DNA from: Gammaproteobacteria bacterium
GTDB lineage: Bacteria; Pseudomonadota; Gammaproteobacteria; Enterobacterales; GCA-2746155
Length of the DNA stretch: 64,000 nucleotides
Direction: 5' to 3'
Assembly (NCBI GenBank): GCA_002746155.1
Contig: NVWF01000009.1
Span: 48,662 to 112,661, forward strand
A model generated the notes under the pieces. It had not been told where the DNA came from. It worked only from the letters and a program-made list of their open reading frames with translations, and made no database searches. Made by a program: the position numbers and the translations under genes. Shown here piece by piece: positions 31,080-40,215 of the stretch. The first letter of the stretch is position 1; the number at the start of each line of letters is the position of its first letter.

Positions 31080-31287
31080 CGTAATTCTCCAATTAAAAGT
31101 AACTACAAAAAGAAAACCTTTCTTTCTAAACACATTATCTCATCTTTAAAAGTAGAGGTATTGACTCAAATCAATGTTTGCAAACATCATACTGCTAATA
31201 TTAATTAAGCTATATATACCTGAACTAGACCCAAATTAAAAAATAAATGGATTAGTATTGTCAATACTTTGGTATCTTGGAAATCAA

Positions 31288-32190
31288 ATGATACAAGCAA
31301 CTAACTTAATCAAACAATTTAAAGGTATCATGGCTGTTAATGATGTTTCCTTACATATTGATAAAGGAACAATTTTTGGATTACTTGGCCCAAACGCTGC
31401 TGGTAAAACAACGGTTATTCGTATGTTGTGTGGAATCATTAAGAGTGATGGAGGTGAAGTTACTCTTAATGGCATGAATATTAACATGGCCAAACCTGAC
31501 TTCGGTTATGTCGCGCAACATTTCGGTCAATATGAAGAGCTAACTGTCTGGGAAAATTTAAAGTTTTACGCCAGTATGTATGGAGTTACAGATGACAATC
31601 GTTTGTCTTATTTGCTTGATCGCTATCATTTAGCAAATTTTAAACATACCATGGCTGGAGAGTTGTCTGGAGGATATCAACGTCGTCTATCTCTGGTTTG
31701 TGCATTAGCTCATAATCCCAAAGTACTATTTCTTGATGAACCAACTGCAGGCATTGATCCCGTTACCCGAAAATTACTATGGGATGATTTCTATCAACTA
31801 AGTACAGAGGGAAAAACACTTTTTGTTACTACCCATTATATGGAAGAAGCACAACGTTGCCATCAATTGGCCTTTATTTCATCAGGGAAAATTGTTGCTG
31901 AAGGTTCTCCTGACACTATCATGCAAGCACTTGGAAAAGCTAAGGCGTTCACAAGCAAAATAACCTACTTACCAAAAATTCATCAGGCACTTTACGATTT
32001 GAAAGGCATGATATTGGTGAATCAGTTTGGAAATGAATTACGTATTGTGGTATCACCTGATCTTAAACAAGAAGAATTACAAGCAACCATTAGTTCTGTA
32101 ACAGGTGAGTCTTGTACAGTTAATCAGACCGAACCTAATATTGAAGATGTGTTCATTGTATTAACTCAAGATAAGGCTGAAAAAAAATGA
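31288..32190 (+). CDS. ABC transporter ATP-binding protein (ABC-2 exporter type)
   Basis: Start taken at the ATG at 31288 (MIQATNLIKQF). Walker A GPNAAGKTT, signature LSGGYQRR, Walker B LFLDEPTAG. Confidence 0.85.
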   Translation: MIQATNLIKQFKGIMAVNDVSLHIDKGTIFGLLGPNAAGKTTVIRMLCGIIKSDGGEVTLNGMNINMAKPDFGYVAQHFGQYEELTVWENLKFYASMYGVTDDNRLSYLLDRYHLANFKHTMAGELSGGYQRRLSLVCALAHNPKVLFLDEPTAGIDPVTRKLLWDDFYQLSTEGKTLFVTTHYMEEAQRCHQLAFISSGKIVAEGSPDTIMQALGKAKAFTSKITYLPKIHQALYDLKGMILVNQFGNELRIVVSPDLKQEELQATISSVTGESCTVNQTEPNIEDVFIVLTQDKAEKK

Positions 32191-33311
32191 TAGCAGCTAT
32201 CATTCGAAAAGAGTTATTACAACTGCGTCGTGATCCCAGACTTATTGGGTTGATCCTTGTAATGCCAATGGTTTTACTCATTTTATTTGGCGTTGCTCTA
32301 AAGCTAGAACCCAAAAATGTACAAATGGCATATGTTGATAACGATCAGTCTATCTTCTCAAATTTAATAAAAACAGGATTATGGAGTGATGGCTATTTTA
32401 AATTATACAAGGTGAATACCCGCCAAGATATTATTGAAGAAATGCGAGCCGGTCGCGCAAAAGCTGGATTATTTATCGCTAATGACTTTACAGCCTTGCT
32501 CATTGAAAATGCCCAGCCACATATTACCTTTTATGTTGATGGCACTATGCCTTCTCTGACAACCGCAATGAAATATCACTCAGGCAATGCAACCGATAAG
32601 GGGGTAACATCTGATATGTATTTTTCAGATCCTGATGCTGAAAATATCGTTATAGCCGATGAGCCGTTTATTATGGATACAGAGATTTTATTTAACCCCG
32701 ATGAAATAGAAACCTGGTTCTTTTTACCTGGCATCATTGGAGTTTTGATTATGCAAATTGCGTTAATCTTAACCGGTATCTCGGTTGTCCGTGAACATGA
32801 AAAAAAGACACTTGAGCAGTTGCTAGTAACGCCCTTGAGCAACACAACTTTTATTCTTGGTAAATTGATACCTTATATTGTTATCGCTCTAGCAGATTTT
32901 TACTTCATCCTTGGAGCTGGTTGGCTTTTGTTTGATTTACCACAACCGTCTTCTCATCTACCCTTGTTTATTTTAGCGTTAACTTATGTAGCAGTGATGA
33001 TATCTTTAGGCTTGTTAATTTCACTGATTGCAAAAACACAACAGCAAGCCATGTTTTTTGCTATCTTTATTATTATTCCCTCTATTTTATTGTCAGGCCT
33101 AATTTTTCCAATTGAAGCAATACCTGAAATGGTCAGACCAGTCAGTTATATCATTCCATTCACTTATTTTGTAGAAATAATAAGAGGGCTATTAATTAAA
33201 CAGACCTTAATTATCGATTTGACGGTTTCCTTTATAGCACTTATCGGTTTTGCAGTGGTTTTTGTGACTGCCAGTATTCTCATGTTTAGAAAAACGCTAC
33301 AAACTGTCTAG
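32187..33311 (+). CDS. ABC-2 type transporter permease
   Basis: 374 aa. ATGA start/stop overlap with the ATPase gene. N-terminal TM, a large periplasmic loop, and 5 C-terminal TM helices. Confidence 0.8.
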   Translation: MIAAIIRKELLQLRRDPRLIGLILVMPMVLLILFGVALKLEPKNVQMAYVDNDQSIFSNLIKTGLWSDGYFKLYKVNTRQDIIEEMRAGRAKAGLFIANDFTALLIENAQPHITFYVDGTMPSLTTAMKYHSGNATDKGVTSDMYFSDPDAENIVIADEPFIMDTEILFNPDEIETWFFLPGIIGVLIMQIALILTGISVVREHEKKTLEQLLVTPLSNTTFILGKLIPYIVIALADFYFILGAGWLLFDLPQPSSHLPLFILALTYVAVMISLGLLISLIAKTQQQAMFFAIFIIIPSILLSGLIFPIEAIPEMVRPVSYIIPFTYFVEIIRGLLIKQTLIIDLTVSFIALIGFAVVFVTASILMFRKTLQTV

Positions 33312-33330
33312 CTTCACAGGAATACAGCTA

Positions 33331-34980
33331 ATGAACGACTATTTGGATTTATGGAAATTACTCGCAGGATTAGGGCTTTTCCTGTTTGCCATGAACTTGA
33401 TGGAGGCCGCATTAAAAATACTTGCCGGTGAGCGATTTAGGCGACTTCTTCGTTATTCCACCAACAAACCTGTCCGCTCAGCCGTTGGCGGAATCATCGC
33501 CACAGCAATTGTACAGAGCAGTTCCTTGGTAGGGTTAATCGTACTTGCCTTCGTCGGCGCAGGACTCATTCCTCTAGTTAATGCAATAGGTATCGTCCTT
33601 GGTTCAAACCTTGGCACTACCTTTACTGGCTGGATTGTTGCCACACTGGGTTTTAAGCTTAATCTCAGTACTTTTATTTATCCACTGGTTGCCGTAGGAG
33701 GTTTGAGTTACTCCATTCTTAAAGGTCACTGGCGATTAATAAGTCAGCTAGTATTCAGTCTTGCATTGTTACTTATGGGGCTGGACTTCATGAAAGATGG
33801 TGTTAGCGCCTTAACAGAACATTTCGACATCAATAGGCTAAGTGGTTATCCGTTAATTGTTTATTTAGGTGTTGGCGTAATTCTAACGGCTGTAATCCAA
33901 TCCAGCTCAGCAATTATGATGCTTACATTAAGCGCCCTTTACGCAGAGATTATACCCCTATCTGCGGCGGCAGCACTGGTAATCGGTGCAGATTTAGGCA
34001 CTACTAGCACAGTATTATTAGGTAGTTTGCAAGGTGCGGTGGCTAAACGACGACTGGCTATGGCACATGTATTGTTTAATTTATCAATCGATACTCTGGC
34101 ATTTTTAGCATTGCTACCATTGCTTGCGTTAATAGAGCTATTGCAAATTCGTGATCCTTTGTTTGCTCTGGTTGCTTTTCATAGTATTTTCAATCTCTTT
34201 GGGCTTTTATTGTTCTTACCCTTTACAAAACAATTCGCACATTTGCTTGAAACTTGGTTTAAAAAAGATGAACAACATCTAGAGCGATTTATCCAAAATG
34301 TACCGCAAAATATTACTGATGCAGCGCTTGAAGCACTTGTCCAAGAAACGTGGAATTTACTCTATCTGGTAGCACGTTTAAATATTCGTTTCTTAAGACT
34401 TTCTCCAAAGATAACTGACTTAGAAAATAGAGAATTTACTTTACCAAAAGTGCTGGCCTCAATAAGTAAACTTGAATACTACATTGCAATAAAAAAACTT
34501 GAGGGTGACCTAGTCAACTATGCACTGAATATTCAAATTGAAAATCCTGATGACATTGTTGATCAAGAAAAAATAAAGAAAATAACACAGCGTATTGATA
34601 AGCTAATCAGCGCAGTGCGCTCAGGTATTTATTCAGCAAAATCATTAAAAGACATCAATGAAAATATGCAAACCTTCAATATTATTGATAATGAAATTAT
34701 TAATAAATATTTTAAACAATTAAAAAGTCATTCACAATTAATGCTCACATCCATTATTAACTTAATGATTAGACCTCTGACAGACAGATTTATTGATGAA
34801 GAGTTATCTTCATTGAAAGAAAAGTCGCAGTTGTTTCATATTGAGTTTGAAGGAAAAGTTTATAATAAGATGAGCAATATAACTTCCTTGAATCTATCAA
34901 CGTTACTTAATGTCAACAAGGAAATCCAAACCTCTGAAAAAGCATTAATTGAAGCCATATTACTGATAAAGATATTATAA
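33331..34980 (+). CDS. Na/Pi cotransporter family protein (NptA/YjbB-like)
   Basis: 549 aa. Duplicated QSSS(A/L) motifs with GSNLGTT / GADLGTT, and a C-terminal PhoU-like helical domain. Confidence 0.8.
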   Translation: MNDYLDLWKLLAGLGLFLFAMNLMEAALKILAGERFRRLLRYSTNKPVRSAVGGIIATAIVQSSSLVGLIVLAFVGAGLIPLVNAIGIVLGSNLGTTFTGWIVATLGFKLNLSTFIYPLVAVGGLSYSILKGHWRLISQLVFSLALLLMGLDFMKDGVSALTEHFDINRLSGYPLIVYLGVGVILTAVIQSSSAIMMLTLSALYAEIIPLSAAAALVIGADLGTTSTVLLGSLQGAVAKRRLAMAHVLFNLSIDTLAFLALLPLLALIELLQIRDPLFALVAFHSIFNLFGLLLFLPFTKQFAHLLETWFKKDEQHLERFIQNVPQNITDAALEALVQETWNLLYLVARLNIRFLRLSPKITDLENREFTLPKVLASISKLEYYIAIKKLEGDLVNYALNIQIENPDDIVDQEKIKKITQRIDKLISAVRSGIYSAKSLKDINENMQTFNIIDNEIINKYFKQLKSHSQLMLTSIINLMIRPLTDRFIDEELSSLKEKSQLFHIEFEGKVYNKMSNITSLNLSTLLNVNKEIQTSEKALIEAILLIKIL

Positions 34981-34992
34981 AAAGGGTTTTAT

Positions 34993-35828
34993 TTAATCTT
35001 TTTTCCATGCAGTTTTTGCTGTGCCGTCGCGTCTTGGATCTGCAGCACCTGCCCATTTTCCATTCTTGAATGCAAGGGCGTGAACGCCGCCAAAATATGG
35101 ATCATATTGACTAGTTGATACACCGTAAGCCGGGCGTTTAAGGATGTAGCCATATTGGGCTATTCCCGCGAGCAATTCATTAAAAATTGTTGGCCCTTCG
35201 ATATAAGCTTTATTATCAGGTACTACATGAACTCGAAATACATCAACCGCTTTTTCAATATCCGCATCAACATCAATCCAGTAGCTTGTAACTTGGGCAA
35301 CGGCAGAAATAATCCGCACGCTACCCGGGCTACCAAGTACCAAAAGGTGGTGGCAAGGAAAGAACCTCATAACCACGGTAGGTAGATTTTAACGCAGGAA
35401 CAATTTTCTGGTCGGGAAAACTCGCCAAATCGTCATAGGTAATCCAGCCACCATTTTCGGCCATATCAGTCGCTTCTGGTGAGCCGGAAGATACAAACCC
35501 TGCAAAACTTTTACCTTCCACGGCGGCAGTGTTAAGCATCGATAAAATCATAAAAATAGAGTCAGTCAGACGATAATAAAAAGACATTTTCTTAGGCTTC
35601 CAGTCTCCCGTTAGCTCTTCTAATATATCTGCCCTAAACAAACGTCCGTTGATCATGGTTGAATGCACTTTATCTGTGGCATAAATGTTCTCAAGAGGGT
35701 TGTTATCTTTTTTGATTCTTGAGCCACACGATAAGCTTCAGAATTCCTCAAGGGCTCAGCAGCAGAAATGACAAACATTGAAAAACAAACAAAGAGAGAG
35801 CAAAAGAATTGGCTATTAATTGACGCAT
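34993..35828 (-). pseudogene. ggt: gamma-glutamyltransferase remnant (frameshifts plus large internal deletions)
   Basis: Three fragments lie in different frames. (1) AGGAGG RBS plus signal-peptide-like MRQLIANSFALSLF..., which stops after 26 codons. (2) A large-subunit piece ...NGGWITYDDLASF...YRGYEVLSLPPP. (3) A small-subunit C-terminus GSPGSVRIISAVAQ...AAADPRRDG. The segment that should hold the catalytic Thr is absent. Total is about 280 codons against about 580 for intact GGT. Confidence 0.75.
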
Positions 35829-35861
35829 TATAGCCTCCTGTAAAATTTGAGCTAAGATGAT

Positions 35862-36050
35862 TTAGCTAGCTAGTTTTTCTTCTGATGATAATTGACGCGC
35901 TTCCTCAACAAGTAACACAGGAATATCCTCTCTTATTGGGTAAGCAAGGCCTGAGGCCTTACAAATTAATTCTTTACCATCTTTGCTTAATTTTAATGGT
36001 GCTTTGCTTTCTGGGCAAACTAGGATATTTAATAATTTTTTATCCATCAT
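35862..36050 (-). CDS. Trm112/YcaR (UPF0434) family small protein
   Basis: 62 aa. LLNILVCPESKAPL...ELICKASGLAYPIREDIPVLLVEEAR aligns with E. coli YcaR, but has CPES where YcaR has CPVC. Confidence 0.75.
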   Translation of the reverse strand: MMDKKLLNILVCPESKAPLKLSKDGKELICKASGLAYPIREDIPVLLVEEARQLSSEEKLAS

Positions 36051-36092
36051 TTAATTTTTCCTTACACCCATTTATTGGGCAAGTGTTATCGT

Positions 36093-36998
36093 TTATCTCG
36101 CATCCTGTGATAATCCATCAACCAACAGTTGCGGATCAAGCCTTATGCTAAACCAATTAATTCGCCAGTCTAAGTGAGGTCCCGTGGCTCGACCCGTTGC
36201 ACCAACCTTAGCTAGCAATTCTCCCCGCTCGATAGTTTGACCAGGCTTAACCAATATTTCACTAAGGTGTAAAAAGGTTGAAGATAGTCCTTGGCCATGA
36301 TCAAGGATCAAGGTACCACCGGAATAATACATATCCAAATGAACAAGAGTAACCACTCCTGAGGCAGGCGCTATAACATCGGCTCCAACAGGCGCGGCAA
36401 TATCTAGGCCATAATGAGGCCATTTTGGCTGACCATTTAAAATACGCTGGCTACCATAAACACCTGAAATGCGTCCCTTGGAAGGCCAGATAAAACCGGC
36501 TTTAAAGTCTTGCCGCGGGTGATCAGTTTTTCGAGCATTTTTCACCAGAGTCGACTCAACTTTGATACGTTTCAACACAGCCTTACCCTTTGGATTTACC
36601 TTAGCTGGAGGTAAGCCATCAATACGATCAATTTTGTATTGCCGAGTTAAAACATTAATTGCCTGAGTTTTTTCAATGCCAGTATCAGTGATAATCCTTA
36701 ATTCTGCATCCTTGGCACTACGACCAAACCCAATGATAAAGCTACCATCAGTTGCTAACCTGATAGGTTTATTATCTAGGAGCACTTTATTTGTTGCAAG
36801 AGTCTTACCTAGTAGTAGACCCCCCTGAATAGAAGATGTCGAGTTTTTATTCTTAGCATTGGAATTAGCATTGAGTGATTTAAATTGCACAGCTGCCTGG
36901 AGACTAGACAGGCAAGTGATTACTAGATAAGTTAAAACAACCTTAGTTGATAACTGGCTTAATAATCTCGTGCTAGGGAATAGGTTTATAGCCGTCAT
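36093..36998 (-). CDS. M23 family metallopeptidase (murein DD-endopeptidase-like)
   Basis: Start assigned to the ATG at 36998, giving a signal-like N-terminus; this overlaps the folE2 end by 26 nt. PHYGLDIAAP carries HxxxD. GATGRATGPHLDWRI shows the usual HxH reading H-L-D. Confidence 0.8.
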   Translation of the reverse strand: MTAINLFPSTRLLSQLSTKVVLTYLVITCLSSLQAAVQFKSLNANSNAKNKNSTSSIQGGLLLGKTLATNKVLLDNKPIRLATDGSFIIGFGRSAKDAELRIITDTGIEKTQAINVLTRQYKIDRIDGLPPAKVNPKGKAVLKRIKVESTLVKNARKTDHPRQDFKAGFIWPSKGRISGVYGSQRILNGQPKWPHYGLDIAAPVGADVIAPASGVVTLVHLDMYYSGGTLILDHGQGLSSTFLHLSEILVKPGQTIERGELLAKVGATGRATGPHLDWRINWFSIRLDPQLLVDGLSQDAR

Positions 36999-37932
36999 TA
37001 ACACCCTTAGTGACAATACTGACTGCATTGTGTGGATGAAGACTCTCAACGTGATCAACTCTTACCCAATAATCTGCATAGTCATTATCAATGTCCAAAC
37101 AGCCTTTTATGCGTCTCGCGGCATCTTCACAAAACATTAAGTTTTGACCATTTAGTAGAGCAAACTCCTGCTCATCCTCACGTTTTACAACCGCCTGTAC
37201 CGCTGTTTTAAGAGTGCCTTCAATCTGAGCAATTAACTGGCTTATTGGAAACTCATTGCAATCGCCTTCAATCTTAACCTTCACATTAGCATAACTGCGC
37301 TGAGAGTGAGGTGTTGCTAAAATCGCTTCTTCCGTACCAAGCCAGTCATGAATTTGATCGGTTGTGAGGTTGTCTTGTTCTGAAAAATCAACTAGAAATT
37401 TTTGCTGGATTAACTGTCTTGCAAGGGCGGCGGAGCAGGGACAAGTCGATGAATAAGGCACTGTAACCTGTAATTGCTGGTGAAGTTTACCTTCTTCCAA
37501 AGAACCTGTTATGACAACGGGATAGGCTTTCCAACCAACATTACCACTTTTAAGAGAGGGACTCTTTTGCATAAAATCAAAACTGAACTCAACAAATGCC
37601 TTATTACTTAAATCATGGTGGGATAAAGCAAAGGCTTCTAAAACCTGTTGTAATGATTTTCGTGTTAAGGCTTGGTCACCCATAAATTCATTCAGGGTTA
37701 AATAAAGCCGAGACATATGTATGCCCTTAGCCTTAGGATCAATTAAATTGACGTAAGCTTGGGCCTTGGCACTAACACGAATTGGGCTATCACCAGCCTG
37801 GGGTAAAATAACGGGCAATTCAATATCGCTCATTCCAACCCAATCGAGAAGGCTTAGAGAGTCCGAAGTTGCTTTACTGGCAACATCTGGCATGGTTTGG
37901 TGGTTCATCGTAAATATCTCGTTAGAATCCAT
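36973..37932 (-). CDS. folE2: GTP cyclohydrolase I type 2 (FolE2, zinc-independent paralogue family)
   Basis: Family signatures VGMSDIELPV and GIHMSRLY, plus the STCPCS region. The ORF-track N-terminal 52 codons look non-coding, so the start is set at ATG 37932; 37908 is also possible. Confidence 0.85.
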   Translation of the reverse strand: MDSNEIFTMNHQTMPDVASKATSDSLSLLDWVGMSDIELPVILPQAGDSPIRVSAKAQAYVNLIDPKAKGIHMSRLYLTLNEFMGDQALTRKSLQQVLEAFALSHHDLSNKAFVEFSFDFMQKSPSLKSGNVGWKAYPVVITGSLEEGKLHQQLQVTVPYSSTCPCSAALARQLIQQKFLVDFSEQDNLTTDQIHDWLGTEEAILATPHSQRSYANVKVKIEGDCNEFPISQLIAQIEGTLKTAVQAVVKREDEQEFALLNGQNLMFCEDAARRIKGCLDIDNDYADYWVRVDHVESLHPHNAVSIVTKGVNDGYKPIP

Positions 37933-38002
37933 AAGCCTATTTTTAAATAACTCCGCTTTCTTTTGTCTGGAACTATAATCTAGAACAACAGTATTTAATG
38001 AG

Positions 38003-38019
38003 TTAATAATCATTATAAG
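38003..38019. promoter_or_regulatory. Fur-family-like (candidate Zur) palindrome upstream of folE2
   Basis: TTAATAATCATTATAAG, with a perfect core ATAAT-C-ATTAT at 38006..38016. It lies about 70 to 110 nt upstream of the likely folE2 starts and resembles the ATAATCATTAT core of Fur/Zur-type boxes. Confidence 0.3.
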
Positions 38020-38205
38020 TGAAAATAAGACCCAAATATACGGTAAGTGGTAGTAGCTATGGAGAAAAATTAGGCGCGAGTGTAGCATAGGAAAAGCGCT
38101 AATAAAGTACTATTTTTACATTTTTGCCTCGATATAGCTCATTTATTATACAAAATACAAAATTATTCAAAAATATTCTTGCAATCCCTCACAAAATCCC
38201 TATGA

Positions 38206-38230
38206 TTGTCACGTTTCGAAATTGAGACAA
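38206..38230. promoter_or_regulatory. Imperfect 25-bp dyad overlapping a sigma70-like promoter of the dksA2-like gene
   Basis: TTGTCACGTTTCGAAATTGAGACAA is centred on the perfect TTTCGAAA. It lies immediately downstream of, and overlapping, the -10 of TTGCAA-N16-TATGAT (38179..38206). Confidence 0.3.
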
Positions 38231-38299
38231 AACATTTTGACACTAATTTAATCTTCCTATGGTTATTCAAACAGTGCTTAAAGATGAGAGAACATTGCT

Positions 38300-38704
38300 A
38301 TGACAACTGAAAAACAACTACTAGCTCAACCCAAGAAAAACTATATGAATGAAGGCCAATTAGCTTTCTTCACCACCAAACTAACTACCCTACGTGAAGA
38401 AATAAAAGTTCACACTACAAGCATCATGAATGAGCTATCTTCACAAGAGCACGAATTTGACGAATTAGACATCGCCACCAACCAAGAAGAAAATCGTATG
38501 CGATTACGATTACTCGACCGTGAGCGAAAACTATTACCGAAAATTGAAAAATCATTAACCATGATTGGTGACGGTTCTTACGGCTACTGTGCTGAAACAG
38601 GCGAGCAAATAGGCTTACTTCGTTTATTGATCAGACCCACAGCAACCTTATGTGCTGAAGAAAAAAATCGCCAAGAACATATAGAGAAAGGTTACAGAAA
38701 GTAA
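38300..38704 (+). CDS. dksA2: DksA/TraR family protein lacking the Cys4 zinc finger (DksA2-like)
   Basis: 134 aa. Has the DksA coiled-coil region. The zinc-finger region reads GYCAETGEQIG...PTATLCAEEK, where E. coli DksA (from memory) has GYCESCGVEIG...PTADLCIDCK. Only 2 of the 4 Cys are retained. Confidence 0.75.
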   Translation: MTTEKQLLAQPKKNYMNEGQLAFFTTKLTTLREEIKVHTTSIMNELSSQEHEFDELDIATNQEENRMRLRLLDRERKLLPKIEKSLTMIGDGSYGYCAETGEQIGLLRLLIRPTATLCAEEKNRQEHIEKGYRK

Positions 38705-38940
38705 TTAACTTAATTTTCATGCCAGTTGATCTTTCGCGGTTGGCTTGTTTTTTTGCTGTACCTTCAACTCTTAAAGCAGCCCAATGCCTAATGTATTTGG
38801 TAGTGGCACCCAGACTTCTACTCAGAACTCATTCTGCCTAGCTTTCCACCCGGTGATTATTACATCAATCAATTACAACTAAGTGAAGGTCTAGTATTGT
38901 GCTTACAGGTTCTGGTTTTGATTTCAGTCTTCAACTGCCT

Positions 38941-39357
38941 TCAACCTTCAACTACTAGGGATATTTTTCTTGAAACATAATCAGGTGTGCTACCCAGAAC
39001 ACCTGAACTTGCAAAAACCTCCAGAAAATACATCGTCACCGAAAGACCCTGTTCGGTATAAATCGTGCTATTGCAAGTAACTGTCACCTCAAAACCTGTC
39101 AAACTTTGCTCGGTTAAATTAAAGCTTGTACTCGCAGCTGGGCAGCCTCCAGTGGTAACCTGATAGACACCCCATTCTGCTCCCGCCTGAGCTGCCTGCC
39201 AGGCTCGAGCACCCTGCATGGCAAGATTGTTGGTAGCCACTGACACATTACTGATGCGCTGAATAAAAACGACGCCTGTGGCAAGCACCGTCACTAAAAA
39301 AATCACGGCTACCAATGAAAATCCAGCCTGTCTTTTTAATAGAGGCAACTTTTTCAT
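38941..39357 (-). CDS. mshP: MSHA biogenesis protein MshP (pilin-like N-terminus)
   Basis: 138 aa. KRQAGFSLVAVIFLVTVLA is a prepilin-like N-terminus. It is the last gene of the cluster, as in the Vibrio msh order. Confidence 0.6.
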   Translation of the reverse strand: MKKLPLLKRQAGFSLVAVIFLVTVLATGVVFIQRISNVSVATNNLAMQGARAWQAAQAGAEWGVYQVTTGGCPAASTSFNLTEQSLTGFEVTVTCNSTIYTEQGLSVTMYFLEVFASSGVLGSTPDYVSRKISLVVEG

Positions 39358-40214
39358 GGTGCATTACCCAAATGTACCTGATGCAATAATTGGATAAACT
39401 CACCATCAATCGTCAAGGTCATGGACATCACCAGTAAGCCTGCACGACTGTTTGAACCTGCTGTGTAACTAAAACTACAAGCACTGACGTTATTTACCAA
39501 TAGCGCTTGACTGGTGGCGGTATTGAGCGGCGATGCATTACGGTTTACTGGTTGCGCTATGCTGGTGGAATAGCCCTCATAGCGTAGTATTGTTCCAAGA
39601 CCAGAGTCACAATGATAGCTCACAGGAGACGTAGCAATATAAAATCGTTTCGCTGGTGAACCTGTACCTAGCTGATCAAATTGAAATGGACTGCTTAGGC
39701 TTATGGTATCTTCATTACCAGAGTCGGTTAAGCTAATCGTTGTGCTGGTGGGCGTTATGATCCCCGAGCCTCCCGATGTAGCAGCCAGATAAAATTGTGT
39801 TGCTCCTGTGTTATAGACGACAACTCTGGCACCGGATGGCATGGAAGTCATATTACCAAGCATTCGAAATTGGCTGTCGGGAGCTCCGGGAGTTAAGGCC
39901 GTATTCTCACTCGCCGTATCACTATATCGATATCGCCCACCTTGCCTGATAGGCATAATCTCAATAACTGTACCATTGGTTCTTAAGGTATTTGGAATGG
40001 CATCTCTCACATCTCTTTCGATTTGACCCATGGCAGCTTCGGCTGCATCCACCAGGGCTACCCTTCGACTCATATTGTCATAGTTGCCAAAAGTTCTCAT
40101 CACCACTGGGACTACTACAGCTGCCAAGATCCCTGCAATTACAATCACCATAACAAGCTCTATCAGCGTAAATCCCCGCTGCTTGTTATGACTATTTTTA
40201 TCCAGCCTGTCCAT
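39354..40214 (-). CDS. mshO: MSHA minor pilin MshO
   Basis: Start set at the ATG at 40214, 1 nt after the mshD stop ([33 protein letters not shown]). ATGA overlap with mshP. Confidence 0.65.
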   Translation of the reverse strand: MDRLDKNSHNKQRGFTLIELVMVIVIAGILAAVVVPVVMRTFGNYDNMSRRVALVDAAEAAMGQIERDVRDAIPNTLRTNGTVIEIMPIRQGGRYRYSDTASENTALTPGAPDSQFRMLGNMTSMPSGARVVVYNTGATQFYLAATSGGSGIITPTSTTISLTDSGNEDTISLSSPFQFDQLGTGSPAKRFYIATSPVSYHCDSGLGTILRYEGYSTSIAQPVNRNASPLNTATSQALLVNNVSACSFSYTAGSNSRAGLLVMSMTLTIDGEFIQLLHQVHLGNAP

Positions 40215-40215
40215 C

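Noticed and set aside
31080-31133. 18-codon extension of the uspE ORF (MFRKKGFLFVVTFNWRIT)
   Set aside because: The internal ATG at 31079 has a GGAGA RBS and gives the typical Usp start MKINHILV.
37933-38088. 52-codon N-terminal extension of the folE2 ORF
   Set aside because: The sequence is AT-rich with non-protein-like composition (MLHSRLIFLHSYYHLPYIW...). FolE2 homology begins after the internal Met codons. The region more plausibly holds the promoter and operator.
38169-38185. AAAAATATTCTTGCAAT (38169..38185) resembles AAAAATATTCTTGTAAT (61804..61820) with similar downstream spacing, as a possible shared regulatory motif
   Set aside because: Both look like generic AT-rich UP-element plus -35 sequences. 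The second copy points antisense into the DUF2782 gene. This is likely compositional coincidence.
38814-38829. TGGCACCCAGACTTCT as a sigma54 promoter downstream of the msh cluster
   Set aside because: The -12 element lacks the conserved GC (CTTC rather than TTGC), and the orientation points antisense into mshP.
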